Notes under the pieces: model-generated
The model's input: the letters and a program-made list of their open reading frames with translations, nothing else
The model's database searches: none
What the model was told of the DNA's origin: nothing
Shown here: one piece after another, positions 1 to 12,067 of the stretch
Position numbering within the stretch: the stretch's first letter is position 1
Layout: every line of letters starts with the position of its first letter
NCBI RefSeq assembly: GCF_000143415.4
Contig: NW_003314289.1
Coordinates: 908,035-972,034, forward strand
DNA: 64,000 nt
Origin: Selaginella moellendorffii
Lineage: Eukaryota > Plantae > Lycopodiophyta
Direction of reading: 5' to 3'
Translations under genes and position numbers: made by a program

Positions 1-478
1 CACCAACCATAGCAATTGGGCCTCTGGCTAATGTTTTAAGTGAAAGCTTTAAGCACTGCTTCCACTGAGAAGTACAGCGCTGTTCCCTGTACAAAAGGAA
101 TCAAAAGTCCGGCAGGGAAGAACAGGAAAAATTCTCGAGCAAGGCAGCAAACGGAGACGATGACTTTGCACCAGGGAGCGTCCTCCGTACAGAAGGATCG
201 CCGATTTTTTTAAGGTGAAAAGAGGGATTCTTGCGTCGAATGCACGCCAGATCCGTCACATACCAGGTGAAACCAGGCAAAGCAGGCAAGGCAGGCATTG
301 TTTAATCGCGATTCGCGACCTGTCACTAATCAGGGGCGCACAGGGATAAGAAAATCTCACCATCTGCTTAAATCGGTAGCTAGCGCGACGCGGACGTGTG
401 AATTTCCCCACCGGCGCGACGCCCTGGACGTGCTCCACGCACGCCGCCGGCGCTGCCGCGGCCAGTCCGCCATCGCCA
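1..478 (-). other. Probable 5' exons of an unidentified minus-strand gene running off the left end
   Basis: GC-rich segment beginning ATGGCGATGGCG on the minus strand, followed by donor-like (gtgaga ~360, gtatgt ~263) and acceptor-like (gacag ~321, gtacag ~88) sites with short intron spacing; no recognisable protein motif. Confidence 0.3.
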
Positions 479-619
479 TCGCCAATAATCGCTAAGAACC
501 CTAAACATGCTTTCACGAGCCCTAGATTCTAGTATATGCTTTTACTTTGAATTTGAATTTTCCAGGAGGTCGGTAGACCATCACTCTTGAATCAATGCAA
601 TCACTTCCAAGCTGATCAA

Positions 620-716
620 ATCGATCGATTTTAATGTTCTTGGGGTCTATGACTATGATCTGGCCAGCGCGCAATCGATCGATTTTAATGTTCTTGGGTC
701 TATCACTATGATCTGA
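620..716. repeat. Imperfect ~54-bp direct repeat, 2 copies
   Basis: atcgatcgattttaatgttcttggg(g)tctat(g/c)actatgatctg occurs at ~620 and ~675. Confidence 0.8.
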
Positions 717-1092
717 CTCGTAGCTCGCCACACCAAAAGTGTGACAATCGCATGATCGAGCTCATGAATCGCGAATTTATATGAGAGTGGCCGTGCGATA
801 CGGAGCCAGGAGTGGCAGCATTTGATCTAGGCAGGCATCTAAGCATCGCCCATCGCTTGTTCTAAATCTCTGTTGATAGCAAGGACGCGGTACATGCTGG
901 GGGTCATGAAATTTTTAATTAGATCTACTGTGACAAGGTCGCGCTGCTTTAATTCGATGACCGTGACACTCCAGATCCAGGAAGAACTGGTCAAGTTGAT
1001 AACATTCCCACTTCCACTATGCATTGGAAGAACAGTGAATTGATAAGAAAAGAGAAGAGATTCCTTCTCATTTTTCCTGTTGATCACATCTA

Positions 1093-2016
1093 CTAGATGC
1101 TAGCCTTGATCGACTGGCTATACGAAGTTTGTCGGTCGAAGAACACGGACCAAAACATCACACCACCGTACTTTGGAGAGGATCTAATCCGTGGAAGAAC
1201 TTGGCTCCTCAAAACTTGGCTGGGCACAAACCCAGATCCCGCCGCCGCTGGCGCCGCCGGCAATCCCATGAAGATCTTCACATTGGGCGTCTTGGAATTC
1301 CACTCCTTCCAAGAATCCAGGAGCCTGGTGGTGCTACTGCCATCGTACTGGCAGGGAGGATTGTTGTAGAATTGTACGTAGACGTAGTCGAAGAGCCCCT
1401 GCTTGGCGATGGCGGATCCCAGGTTTGCATCTGGAAATGGGCACTGCGGAGCCGCCGAGATCAAAACCCTGCGGCTCGAGCCTCTAGAAACGTCCCGGAT
1501 CGCTTGGGCGAGCAGCGCGTACCTATCCGGGATCGCTCCATTCTCGATATCAAAGTCGATTCCATCCAAGACCGCGGATCCCAGAGGCCTGGAGCTGGAT
1601 CGACCACCCAAGAAATTGTTCCACAGGTATCTCGCCACGGATCTGGCGTCGCTGGCGGAGGAGATGGTGTAATTCCCCACCGCTCCGCCGAGCGAGAGGA
1701 GGATCTGGATGCCTTTGCTTTGGCAGGAGGCGATCTGGGAGCTCAGTGTCACGCAGCCATTCGAGGATGGGTCGCAGTGGCCGGCGAGATTGAGCTGGGG
1801 GATCTGGCCGCCACCGAAAACGTTGAGGAAGGAGAGCATGATGATCTTGTAGGTGCCATTGATGCAAGCGTTGGCGAGCGATCCTTCGTTGCCGTTTTGG
1901 CCCCAGTATATTGCGATCGATCCTGTTGCTGCTGATGCTTTTGGAGCCACTGGTGCTAGCACTGCGAGGATCACTAGGAACATAGGCAGCATTTTGCTTT
2001 GCTCAAACATTGCCAT
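1093..2016 (-). CDS. GH18 class III (hevamine-type) chitinase, secreted, intronless
   Basis: Signal peptide, then [26 protein letters not shown], catalytic [39 protein letters not shown]. Start placed at MAMFEQ (2016), with TATATAA ~60 nt upstream. Confidence 0.95.
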   Translation of the reverse strand: MAMFEQSKMLPMFLVILAVLAPVAPKASAATGSIAIYWGQNGNEGSLANACINGTYKIIMLSFLNVFGGGQIPQLNLAGHCDPSSNGCVTLSSQIASCQSKGIQILLSLGGAVGNYTISSASDARSVARYLWNNFLGGRSSSRPLGSAVLDGIDFDIENGAIPDRYALLAQAIRDVSRGSSRRVLISAAPQCPFPDANLGSAIAKQGLFDYVYVQFYNNPPCQYDGSSTTRLLDSWKEWNSKTPNVKIFMGLPAAPAAAGSGFVPSQVLRSQVLPRIRSSPKYGGVMFWSVFFDRQTSYSQSIKASI

Positions 2017-2944
2017 TATTTTCTTTGTTGGAAGTATGAGATGAGCTTTCTGGAATGCCTCGGTTTGGGTTGGACTTATATACCTCGGAGCAACTGTTGA
2101 CAAACCCCTTAACGCGGAAAGAAAGTCAGAGCTAGTAAGATTTGACTTTGACAATTATGATGAAAAAATAAAAGTAGCACCATGTTGAGACTTTGAATTT
2201 GGGGACGCAAGCATTTGTTTTATTTGATGTGTTTCTAGTATCAAACCACAAGTGTTAATTGCTGGATATAACAGTAAGAATGTTTTATTCTGAATCTATA
2301 ATTTGCAACAAACCAAAACAATCTGCCAAAACAGAAGAGTCTCATACTTATACAAATAATTAGTGGTTCAAACTGCATTGATATTACAACTTAAATTAAG
2401 CAATTTAGTATTAGAAACTCACAGTACTCCTCATCGGTTACTTTATGAACTTTAAAAGTTACACATTTCAGTAAGGCTTCATAAATTTAATGCTTTTTGC
2501 AACAAAAACCAAATGATAATAATTTACCTCATTAAAGTTTATATTCCACAACATTTTTCTTTATAAGGCTTAGGCATATCTATATATTATTAATTCTTAG
2601 ATTAATCTATTACCATATTCTATTATTATATTTGTGAAAAAGCTTTTAATACCTTAAGAAATTAACATATATATAGTTCAAATATTTTAAATTGACAAAC
2701 TTATAAGAAAAAGCTATATTTCACTGATTAATATATATGGTAATGAATATATGATTGCACATGGGAGCATTATATAACTACATATATGCATATTTATTGT
2801 TTTGAGTTGTATGCAAAAGTATTATGTATACAATCACTTTTTAATTGCTATATAAGCAACAAATATGTGATTATGTGTATAATATTTTTGTTATAGAGTT
2901 TTACTTTTTATACACACTTAGAATGGTAATCCAAGTTTGAAACA

Positions 2945-3480
2945 CACATGGATTTTACCCTTTACTTTATAGTGATTTATCATAGGATAACTATGGAGTG
3001 GAACCATAACCTTTAAATGCATGGGCAAAGGGCAATAGAGCTCTAGATTGATCGTCTCACTCACAGCCCGCCTGGATACACTGATCAAACGAGGCGAGGA
3101 AGGGAAGATAGTGAAGGAGAAGAAGCTGTGGCCGTTTTTTAGAGGAAGAAGCGAGATTGGAGAAGAAGAATGGACGTAGAAACCACCAATATAGATTTGG
3201 CAACACATGTTTAAGAACAACAGTATGTGTACCTCCCCGAATCGACAGAGTTCAACACAAGGAACTTCGGAAGTTTGGAGATCAAATGTCACGAACTCGA
3301 GTACCAGTTCTACTTTGTCCCCCTCGTCCCACCCCCCGTAAAAATTTTGAAGAGCTCTTTCCCAGTTTCGAGCAGGTCGAAATTGGACTCTATGGTTTAT
3401 AGAGGATAAATGAAAACCCCATTGACAAAGGGCAATAGAGCAAAACCCAAGCTTCAAGGCAGAAATTAAATTATGCTTTA
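2945..3480. repeat. Old degenerate repeat, related to 35210-35530, enclosing a GC-richer insert
   Basis: ttttaccctttactttatagtgatttatcataggataactatggagtggaa resembles 35223-35280 and 35305-35385; caaagggcaatagagc occurs at 3026 and 3426. Confidence 0.5.
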
Positions 3481-3559
3481 AATTGGTTGGATATGCCTAC
3501 ATAAGTGAGAGAGTATGTAATTTTCCATGGAAATACAGCCCTTAACACGGGCTGAGGTC

Positions 3560-3756
3560 TTATCTCTATTATATATATAACTTTCTTCCCCTTCTAATTT
3601 TTCCCCTTGAGGAATACACACTTTAGGCTTTCACCCCAATCCCAAGAGCTAATATTTGAAACAATCACAAAAACTTACTAAATATGGATTGATACTAGAT
3701 TGCAAATTTAGATGCGAGAATAATATTGTTGTATTCAAGACAACCTCTATATACTA
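3560..3756 (-). mobile_element. Left part of the LTR of degenerate element C' (same family as C), split by the Helitron
   Basis: Reverse complement of 3650-3750 aligns by eye to the C LTR at 12494-12593 and continues at 32816 after the Helitron. Confidence 0.75.
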
Positions 3757-4936
3757 TCTATAATAATAAGAACAAAGAGCCCAGACCCCTGCAGCTGTCT
3801 AATCCTAGGCCCGAGGTAGCCTTGGAAGCCATGGTTATCAAGAAGGGGAGGCCAGCCTAGGATCGGGCCAAGGCTGGTGGCCATGGTTAGTAGGAATATT
3901 GGCTCAATGTTTTGGAGGCCAATGGGCAGGATGCACATGTGGCCAGGGAGGGAAGAGGGCATGGTGATAGGTGTTATGCCATGCACTCCTAGGGCTCCAT
4001 GGCTGCTCTGCTCGGACACAGTTGTGAGGGCATTCCCGTGAGAGCCTGTGCTTGGTAGGTAACATGTGTGAGTAGAATGGTAGTCAGGCACACAATCTAG
4101 GCTCCTCTTGGATCAACTCAGGACTGTGAGAGGTAAATTGGGCTCATCTCCAACTCAGCAAAGCTTTGATCCCTGTTCGCCACTGCCTCACAAGCTCTTT
4201 GGCCTACAGGAAAGCAATTATCAAGGACACTCCTTCTTCATCTCGAGGAATCCCTTGCTGCTGGGCTTGGTGAGGGATTGTTGTTTCAGCACATGCTCGG
4301 GATCAACTCCATTTGTAGGAACTAGGTGTTTCGAGTTGACGTAGGGCTGTCGAGTGGCTGTGCCAGCCAACACTACTCCTGAAGTTTTGGAAATCTGACA
4401 CAGCACTGATGTTTGGGTTCTCTTGAAAGAGAAGGAGAAGCAGAAGGTGCCACCGCAGGCATCACTTGGTTTAGCTTTGTTTTTAGATCAAGGTAAGTCG
4501 TAAGTTTGAATATCTTTGTATTCTATGATGAGATTTTTTTTTCTGTCCGATACTGCTTCCATCGAATCTAAAATTTAGTTCCAGTTTCCAAGAGTTTGAG
4601 GACCAGTTTCAACGATGCTGTGCTGGGATGCTGTGCCAAATAACCTGATGCTGGCATAGGAGCAGCACTTGGGGCTGCAGCTCAAAATTGCAAAGCTGTG
4701 GATTATGAGGCAGAGATTGGTAAACACAACATTGGAGTTATTTCATTGTTCTTGAGTGTGCTTCGCAAAAGTCTAATATTTTCCTTTCAGATCATTACAT
4801 AGTTGTGAAATTTATATATCCAACTGTAGTTTGCATTTCTATTCTGCATAAACTTCTATACAAACTCAATTACAAAAATATATATATATATAATCAAACC
4901 TATAATCAAAGTGACTGAAAATGCCTCCACCATCTT

Positions 4937-6459
4937 TTGAGAACCATACGACATAGTAAACAATCTAATGGAGATTTAGATGCCTCTGAAACTATGATTG
5001 ACCATGATACACATACTATAGCTGTTCAAAATAATCATGATAATGATTCTATACACCAAAATATTAATCATGATAATGATTATATACAGCAATCAGTTGG
5101 ACAGTTAGAAGCATCTAGAACCTTACATGCATGTCATTATGATGATTACATATATCAAGCAATATTAAATCCACCACTCCCACCCATGAATACCACACTA
5201 GCAAGCCATAGCATTTATAATGATTTTAACATAATAAATTTTAATATTGGTAGTTTATCATTTGTTTGTATTTTTTGTAATGCATTGCATTTTAAAGATG
5301 AAAACTCTTCAATGTGTTGCCAAAATAACCAAGTTATATTACCTCCAATTTCACCTTTACCATTTGATTTACTTTCACTTTACAAGCAAAATAAAAACTC
5401 TAATTTTAAAATAAATATTAGACACTACAATAGTGCTCTTGCTTTTGCATCTATGTCTTCTAATATTGATATTATAAAAGGTCATGGTCCTTATTGCTTT
5501 AAAATCCATGGTCAAATATATCATAATATTGTATCAGCATATCCTTCTAAAGGTCAATATTGAACTTATGGACAACTTTATGTGCTTGATACTCTAGAAT
5601 CTACAGATATAAGAAAGTAAAACCCTTTTAATTCAAACTGTGAGACAAACTTACTTAAACATTTTGATGCTCTCCTTCATCATGTTAACCTATATGCTCA
5701 AGCTTTCAAAATGATGTATGAAATGGAACAAGAAAAAATTCATTCTGCTACACTTTTAGGTTATCCTATACATGGGTGTTTACATGTTATTAAAAACTGA
5801 AGGAATTAATCCACGACATTATAATGCTCCACAAACAAATGATGTTGTTGTTGTGTTTGTTAGTGATGATAGAGAACTACCACATAGTCGTGAAATTTGT
5901 ATATATCCAACTGTAAGTAATTCTAAATGTATCTCAACACTTGATTATAATTGTGATCCAATGGTTTACCCATTAATATTTCCTTTTGGTGACAAAGGCT
6001 GGCACAAAAATATTTTTAATTCTGGATGTCAAATTACATTACTCCAATATTATGCATACTGTTTATCTAGAAGAGACACAATACACTTTGGTTTTGATAA
6101 AATTTGATATGCAGGAAAACTCACACAACAATATATAGTTGATGCTTATGTAAAAGTTGAAAGAAATAATTTGAATTACTATCACACTCATCAGAAACAA
6201 TTGCAAGTTGAAATATATACTGGTCTTATGAATTATGTTGCAAACTATGTTACTAATGAAAATATAAATCCAAGCAAGATTGTTATTTTACCTTCAAGTT
6301 TTGGGGGTGGCCCTAAAGCAATGCAACAAAATTATCAAGATGCAATGGCTATAGTTACTCATTTTTCAAACCCAAATCTTTTCATTACTTTTATATGCAA
6401 TCCCAAATGGCTAGAAATTTCTAAAAACTTACATCCAAAGGATCATCTAGACTTGGTTT
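4937..6459 (+). pseudogene. Helitron Rep/helicase N-terminal part (stops and frameshifts)
   Basis: CIFCNALHF..MCC, NIRHYNSALAFASM, GPYCFKIHGQIYH, CDPMVYPLIFPFGDKGW, ILPSSFGGGPKAMQQNYQDAMAIV, LFITFICNPKW. Confidence 0.93.
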
Positions 6460-6539
6460 TGTAAAGAATCGACTCCCCAAAGTGTCAAAGGCTAAAGGAT
6501 CCCTAAAGGCACAACCAAAATAATAAAGAGTTTAATGGA

Positions 6540-6738
6540 TGAGACCGAGTTCGAGATCGAGTCCGAAACTGACTCTAAGACCGAGTTCGAGACATAGTCT
6601 GAGATCAAGCCTGAGTTCGAGACCGAGTTCAAGACCAAGTCTGAGACCAAGTTCAAGACCGAGTCTGAGATCCGATATTGGGTCCGAGACCGAGCTCGAA
6701 GTTGAGTCCGAAGTCGAGTCCGAGATCGAGTTCGAATA
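6540..6738. repeat. 12-bp tandem repeat (GAGACCGAGTTC-like) in the 5' LTR of A
   Basis: Repeated gagaccgagttc / gagatcgagtcc units; related to the reverse complement of the arrays in the D LTRs. Confidence 0.9.
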
Positions 6739-7344
6739 CTAATACAGGTCGTGGGATGAAAGCCCAAAGCGTGTGTCTCTAGGGGGGGGCGGGGGGGGTG
6801 GCTGCAGAGGGTTCCAAAAAGTATAGTAAGGATAGTGAGGTCCAAGAACTAGTCTTGAAGGAACTCTCTAGTGGTGCTTCCAAACTGACTTGAAGTTAAG
6901 ACTGGGGCTGAGAGGCCTTAGGTGGGAGTGAGCATGGACTTGGGTGGTGTCGGAGGGGCCACCCAAGGAAGTGCTCAAGAGCAGCTCCCACTCCCAGAAG
7001 GGAAACCCGGAAAGGATGTTAGGAACCTGGAGGCTGTCAGGAATCCCCCAATTCTTGCCACATTCCTAACTCTCACCGGATTCCTGACCTGCAGACCACA
7101 TTCCTGACTCTCGAGACACTTCCCTATTTTTAACTCTCTCATTTCCTGTACAATTCCTGAGTCTCAAGCCACATTCCTGATGAGTGGTGGAGCTTCATCA
7201 ACCTATAGCATATATAGGTTAGCCTTGTTCCATTTCTCCACAATTTGAATCAACACCAGTCTAAGGCTTCTTCTTTGTTTTCACTAGCTTTTCTCTCTGT
7301 CTTTTGCATTTTCCAGTCTTGATCTTGTTGGGGGTCTTGACAGT

Positions 7345-7359
7345 TTGATTCAGATTGTG
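7345..7359 (+). promoter_or_regulatory. Self-priming PBS of element B
   Basis: TTGATTCAGATTGTG is the exact reverse complement of 11855-11869 in the 3' LTR and has one difference (a G-U pair) against 7239-7253 in the 5' LTR. There is no TGG tRNA-type PBS. Confidence 0.85.
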
Positions 7360-7442
7360 TTTTTTTTCATTTTTTTGCTTTAGCTCATTTCGATTGTTTG
7401 ACTACCTTTGCCTTTTTCCCCCCTTTTTCTTTCTTCTTGCCG

Positions 7443-10400
7443 ATGGAGTCTCCAAGCCATCCTGATTTCTTTGCCGAAGTCCTTGCAAAAATCCAGTTTG
7501 AGAATACTGAGCTAAAGGCGACCCTTCTTTGCATGTAGTAGGAGCTTGCTTCACTTTTGGCTCAAGGATCTAGCCGCTGTTTTTCCATCCCAGCTTGAGT
7601 CTTCAGGGCATACTCCTGAACTTACTGCTGTGGTCCCAATGGATATTTTTGGTACTCCCCGACTCATTAGAGGGAAGTTGAGTCTTGCTAAGAAGCAACA
7701 TCGAATATCTCATAATCTTTGCCTCTACTGTGCTAATCCTAATCACAAAGCAGCTGTGTGTCCCAAGAAGCCTCCCCGACTACTCGAGTTCACTCTGCCT
7801 CAAAGTCCACCTCTATTGCAGTCGGGAAACAACCCTGTCCAAACAGAGTAGGAGCTGTCTGTTTGGACTCCCCGAATAAAAATCACTTTTCTTCTTTATC
7901 AAGCTCCTCACCACCTTTCATCAAAGCCACCACCAATTCCCGCAACGTCTGCGTCCCATGTCTCTTTTCTTTTATCAGACAATTAGGACTCAAAGCTCTG
8001 GCACTACTAGACTCGGGTGCACCTTCTTGCTTTATGGACACAGACTTTGCTGCCCAACATCATATTCCTCTTTCTCCTACCATACAGGATCTGAGGGTTG
8101 AAGGCATTGGCAGACATTTTGTGTCTCCATCTTCTGGACTTAGGGAAACGTTGCCCGTTTCAGTACATATCGGGTCCACCGTCACCGATATCGCCTTCAA
8201 CATCATCAACAGCAAGTCCTCCTCTGTGGTGCTCAGTCTTCTTTGGTTCCAACTACATCAGCCTCAGATCTGTTGGAAGGAATTACAGCTCATCTCTCCC
8301 ACATCACCATCTCCCATGGCTTCCTTTGCAGTTCATTGAGTCTGAATCAGGAAAAGTTCCCTAAACTCAAATCGGGGTTCTGTTCCTGACTCTACGAATT
8401 TTTCACCCTCTTCTTTTCCCTTTCTTCCATCTTACACTAGACAGTATCCTTGTCTCATCATTCCATTTAGTTGTACGCCTCCTCCTATCTCCACAATCAC
8501 TATGAAAGAACTCCTTCATAAAGAACCTATTTTCCTTTTTGTTTTGCATGTTTCTCCTGTCAGTCTTCCTGAGAAGTATCATGATTTTGGGGATGTGTTT
8601 AACAAGAAAAAAGCTAGTGTACTGCCTGTTCATCAGCCTTATGACTGTCCCATTGGTTTACAGGAAGGAGCGTCACCTCCGTGGGGGCCTATCTACGAGT
8701 TATCCCCGTCCGAGCTTAAGGCCCTCAAAGAGTACATGGATGAGAACTTTGCCTCAGGGTACATTTAGCATTCGCAATCCTCGGCTGAAGCGCCTATCTT
8801 CTTTGTCAAGAAGAAGGATGGGAGTTTGCAACTAGTCATCGACTACTGAGGTTTGAACAAGATGACTGTTCGGAACCGTTATTCGCTGCCCCTAATCTCG
8901 GACTTGTTGGAACGCCTCGGTGGTGCCCGCTTCTTCACCAAGATCGACCTCTGTAGAGCATACAACCTGATCCAGATCCAGCCTAGTGATGAATGGAAGA
9001 TTGCATTCCGAACCCGTTATGGCCACTTCGAGTACATTGTCATGCCATTTGGCTTGACAAATGCTCCAGCAGCTTTCCAACACAGGGCAAACAACGTCTT
9101 TCAAGAGTTTCTTGATCAGATGGTTATCGTCTACCTCGATGACATCCTCATCTACTCAAAAACTCAGGAGGAGCACGACGAACATGTACGCAAGGTGCTA
9201 GCGAACCTGCGAGAACATGGCCTATACGCGAAGCTTAAGAAATGTTCCTTCGATCAACAGTCTATGGAGTTCCTTGGGTACATTGTCACTCCTGAGGGTA
9301 TCACGATGGATCTTGCCAAAGTCCAGACTATTCTCGAATGGGAGCCCCCACAATCAATGTCAGACGTTCAGGTTTTCCTTAGCTTTGCCAACTTCTACCG
9401 CAAATTCATTGATCACTACTCTGACATTGTCCTTCCTCTCACGCATCTCACTTGCAAGGATGTTCCCTTCTCTTGGTCTGCTGCTGCCCAGCAAACCTTT
9501 GACACACTCAAGGCGGCCTTCAGTTCTGCTCCCGTCTTGATCCACGCTAATCCCTCACAACCTTTCTTCATCGAGGCTGATGCCTCCAACTTTGCCATCG
9601 GTGTTGTGCTGTCTCAACTCAGAGCGGATCAAGAACTTCATCCAGTCGCTTTCTGGAAATTCCAGCCTGCGGAGATCAATTATGAAATCCATGACAAGGA
9701 GCTCCTTGCCATTGTGGATTCCTTTGGAGAGTGGCGCCGTTTCTTGGAGGGGGCAGGCCATCAAACAACAGTCTGGACGGATCACAAAAATCTTGAGTAC
9801 TTTGCCACTTCCCGAGTTTTGAGCTGTCATCAAGCAAGGTGGGCACAATTCCTGAGTCGGTTTGACTTTGTTATCAAGTACAGACCTGGAAAGCTTCAAG
9901 GCTTTCCTGATGCTCTTTCAAGGCGCTTCTATCTTAGTCTCAGACCTGGTAATCCTGCTTTTGATCAACAGGATCAAGTTATCTTCGGTCCTGATCGGCT
10001 TCAAGTTATGGCAATTTCCCTAGCCCTTCATGACTCCTCCTTGATGGATGTGATCAGAAACAATCTTCAATCTGATGATCTCGCCAGCGACATTTTCCCC
10101 CATCTTCAGGCTGGACACCCAGTGACTCCCGACTACTGGCGATTTGACGAGTTCGAGTTCTTAGATGGCTTATTGTACTGTGGGGAGCAGCTTTACATTC
10201 CTGAAGGTGATGCTCGAAGGTTGGTCCTGATGGCGTGCCACGATAGCCCAACTGCTGGTCACTTCAGCATTGCAAAAACCTATGAGCTAGTTGCACGGGA
10301 CTTTTAGTGGCCTCACATGGACGACTACATCAAAGTTTTTGTTACCTCCTGTGACAATTGCGCCCAGAATAAGGTACCTCGCCACCTTCCTTCAGGTTTG

Positions 10401-11510
10401 CTTCATTCCCTCTCGGTCCTTTCAGGTCCTTGGGAATCCATCTCCATGGATTTCTTGAGTGATCTTCCGAGTTCTGGAGGTTTCAACAGCATTTTAGTCG
10501 TGGTGGATCGCTTCACAAAGATGGCTCACTTCCTGTCGTGTACCAAGGAGTTTTCAAGCGAGGACATGGCAAAACTGGTATTCACGGAAATTTTCCAACT
10601 TTATGGGATTCCTGTAGATGTGGTTTCGAATCGGGGACCTCGGTTCATCTCTCATTTTTGGCAATGGTTTTTGCAGCTGCTTGGAGTGAAGGCCAACCTC
10701 TCTTTGGCATATCATTCTCAAACTGATGGACAGTCCAAGCGAACGATTTACACATTGGAACAATTCTTGAGGTGCTTCATCAACTATCATTAGGATAACT
10801 TGTTCAATATCCTTCCCCTTACTGAGTTCTTTTATAACAACTCTATTCACTCCTCTCTTCGAATTTCCCCCTTCTTTGCGAACTCTGGCCGAAATCCCCA
10901 ATTCAATCTCTCACTTCCTTCTCCATCCAAATTCTCTCGTTCAAATCCCCGCTCTGAGGCATTTGTCTCCAACCTCCAGGAAATCCACAACTCCTCCTTC
11001 CACCTCCATCGTGCTTAAGAATCTCACAAAACATTTGCCAATGTCCATCATTAGGATTGTCCCCCTTACAATATCGGGAATAAAGTCTGGCTCCTCAAGC
11101 AATATATCTCCACCACCAGGCCTTATCCAAAACTTGATTTCAAACGCCTCAATCCTTTCCCTATCACTACCATCATTAATCCTGTCACTTATCCCCTTGC
11201 CCTCCCCTCTTCATATCAAATTCACCCCATTTTTCACTCCTCTCTCCTTGAGCCTTATATTCCCAGTCCTATTCCAAATTGGGTTATTCCTCTGCCTCCA
11301 CCAGTGCAGCTTGAGGATGGGTCTGAGTACGAGGTTCAGGACATCCTTGATTCCAAGATTTCATGGTCTAAACTCTACTATCTAGTCGATTGGAAGGGTT
11401 ATGGACCTGAGAAACGCACTTGGGAACCTACGGACAACCTGATTCATTCTCCTGACCTTATTCAGGACTTCCACCACCGCTATCCTTCTCTTCTCAGTCC
11501 TTATTCTTTT
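7443..11510 (+). pseudogene. gag-pol of element B (short gag; in-frame stops and frameshifts)
   Basis: PMDI..LCLYCANPNHKAAVCP zinc knuckle; LLDSGA protease; VYLDDILIYS RT; EADAS..NYEIHDKELLAI RNase H; GHFS..CDNC, SMDF, VVDRFTK integrase; EYEVQDILDS..YLVDWKGYGPEKRTWEP chromodomain. Confidence 0.95.
7824..7872 (+). promoter_or_regulatory. -1 programmed ribosomal frameshift signal between gag and pol
   Basis: G GGA AAC in the gag frame (7824-7830), 6-nt spacer, perfect 11-bp stem GTCCAAACAGA / TCTGTTTGGAC (7837-7868); the protease ORF is in the -1 frame. Confidence 0.85.
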
Positions 11511-12067
11511 TCTCCATCTCCCATCCCTTGCCGCTCATCTTATCCTCCTCTTCATTTTTGTTCACGTCCTCGTTCTACTCGTTCTTGCGGAGGGGGTGCT
11601 ATCAGGAATCCCCTAATTCTTGCCACATTCCTGACTCTCACCGGATTTCTGACCTGCAGACCACATTCTTGACTCTCAAGACACTTCCCTATTCCTGACT
11701 CTGATTTCCTGTACGATTCATGAGTTTCGAGCCACATTCCTGATGATGGTGTGGCGCCTCCTCAACCTCAGTTATATTTAGGCCGTCCTCGATCCAAGAG
11801 TGGTGGAGCTTCATCAACCTATAGTATATATAAGCTAGCCTTGTTCCATTTCTCCACAATCTGAATCAATGCCAGTCTAAGGCCTCTTTTTTGTTTTCAC
11901 TAGCTTTTCTCTTTGTCTTTTGCATTTTCCAGTCTTAATCTTGTTGGGGGTCTTGATAAAGGCTTGGTGTGCTTGGCTGCTTGTGCTTGCGGGGAGTGTA
12001 ACCAAACCTTAAGTCCAGACTAACCTTGGAAGGGGGATTGAGAAAGATTTGGGAATCCGTGGCTAAC

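Larger units (their letters stand above)
7035..11958 (+). mobile_element. Chromodomain-containing Ty3/gypsy element B (chromovirus, Tcn1/Tf1-sushi-like)
   Basis: LTRs 7035-7342 (TG..CA) and 11600-11958 (TA..TA, mutated); TSD GAGGC/AAGGC; PPT GGAGGGGG just before 11600; gag-PR-RT-RH-IN-chromodomain remnants. Confidence 0.95.

Noticed and set aside
1129-1935. 268-aa plus-strand ORF
   Set aside because: Antisense shadow of the GC-rich chitinase gene.
2017-2154. N-terminal extension of the chitinase ORF
   Set aside because: Lies upstream of the signal peptide and contains the TATA box; the ORF track start is not an ATG.
3536-3554. Hairpin CAGCCC..GGGCTG as a second Helitron 3' end
   Set aside because: No CTRR at the expected distance on either strand.
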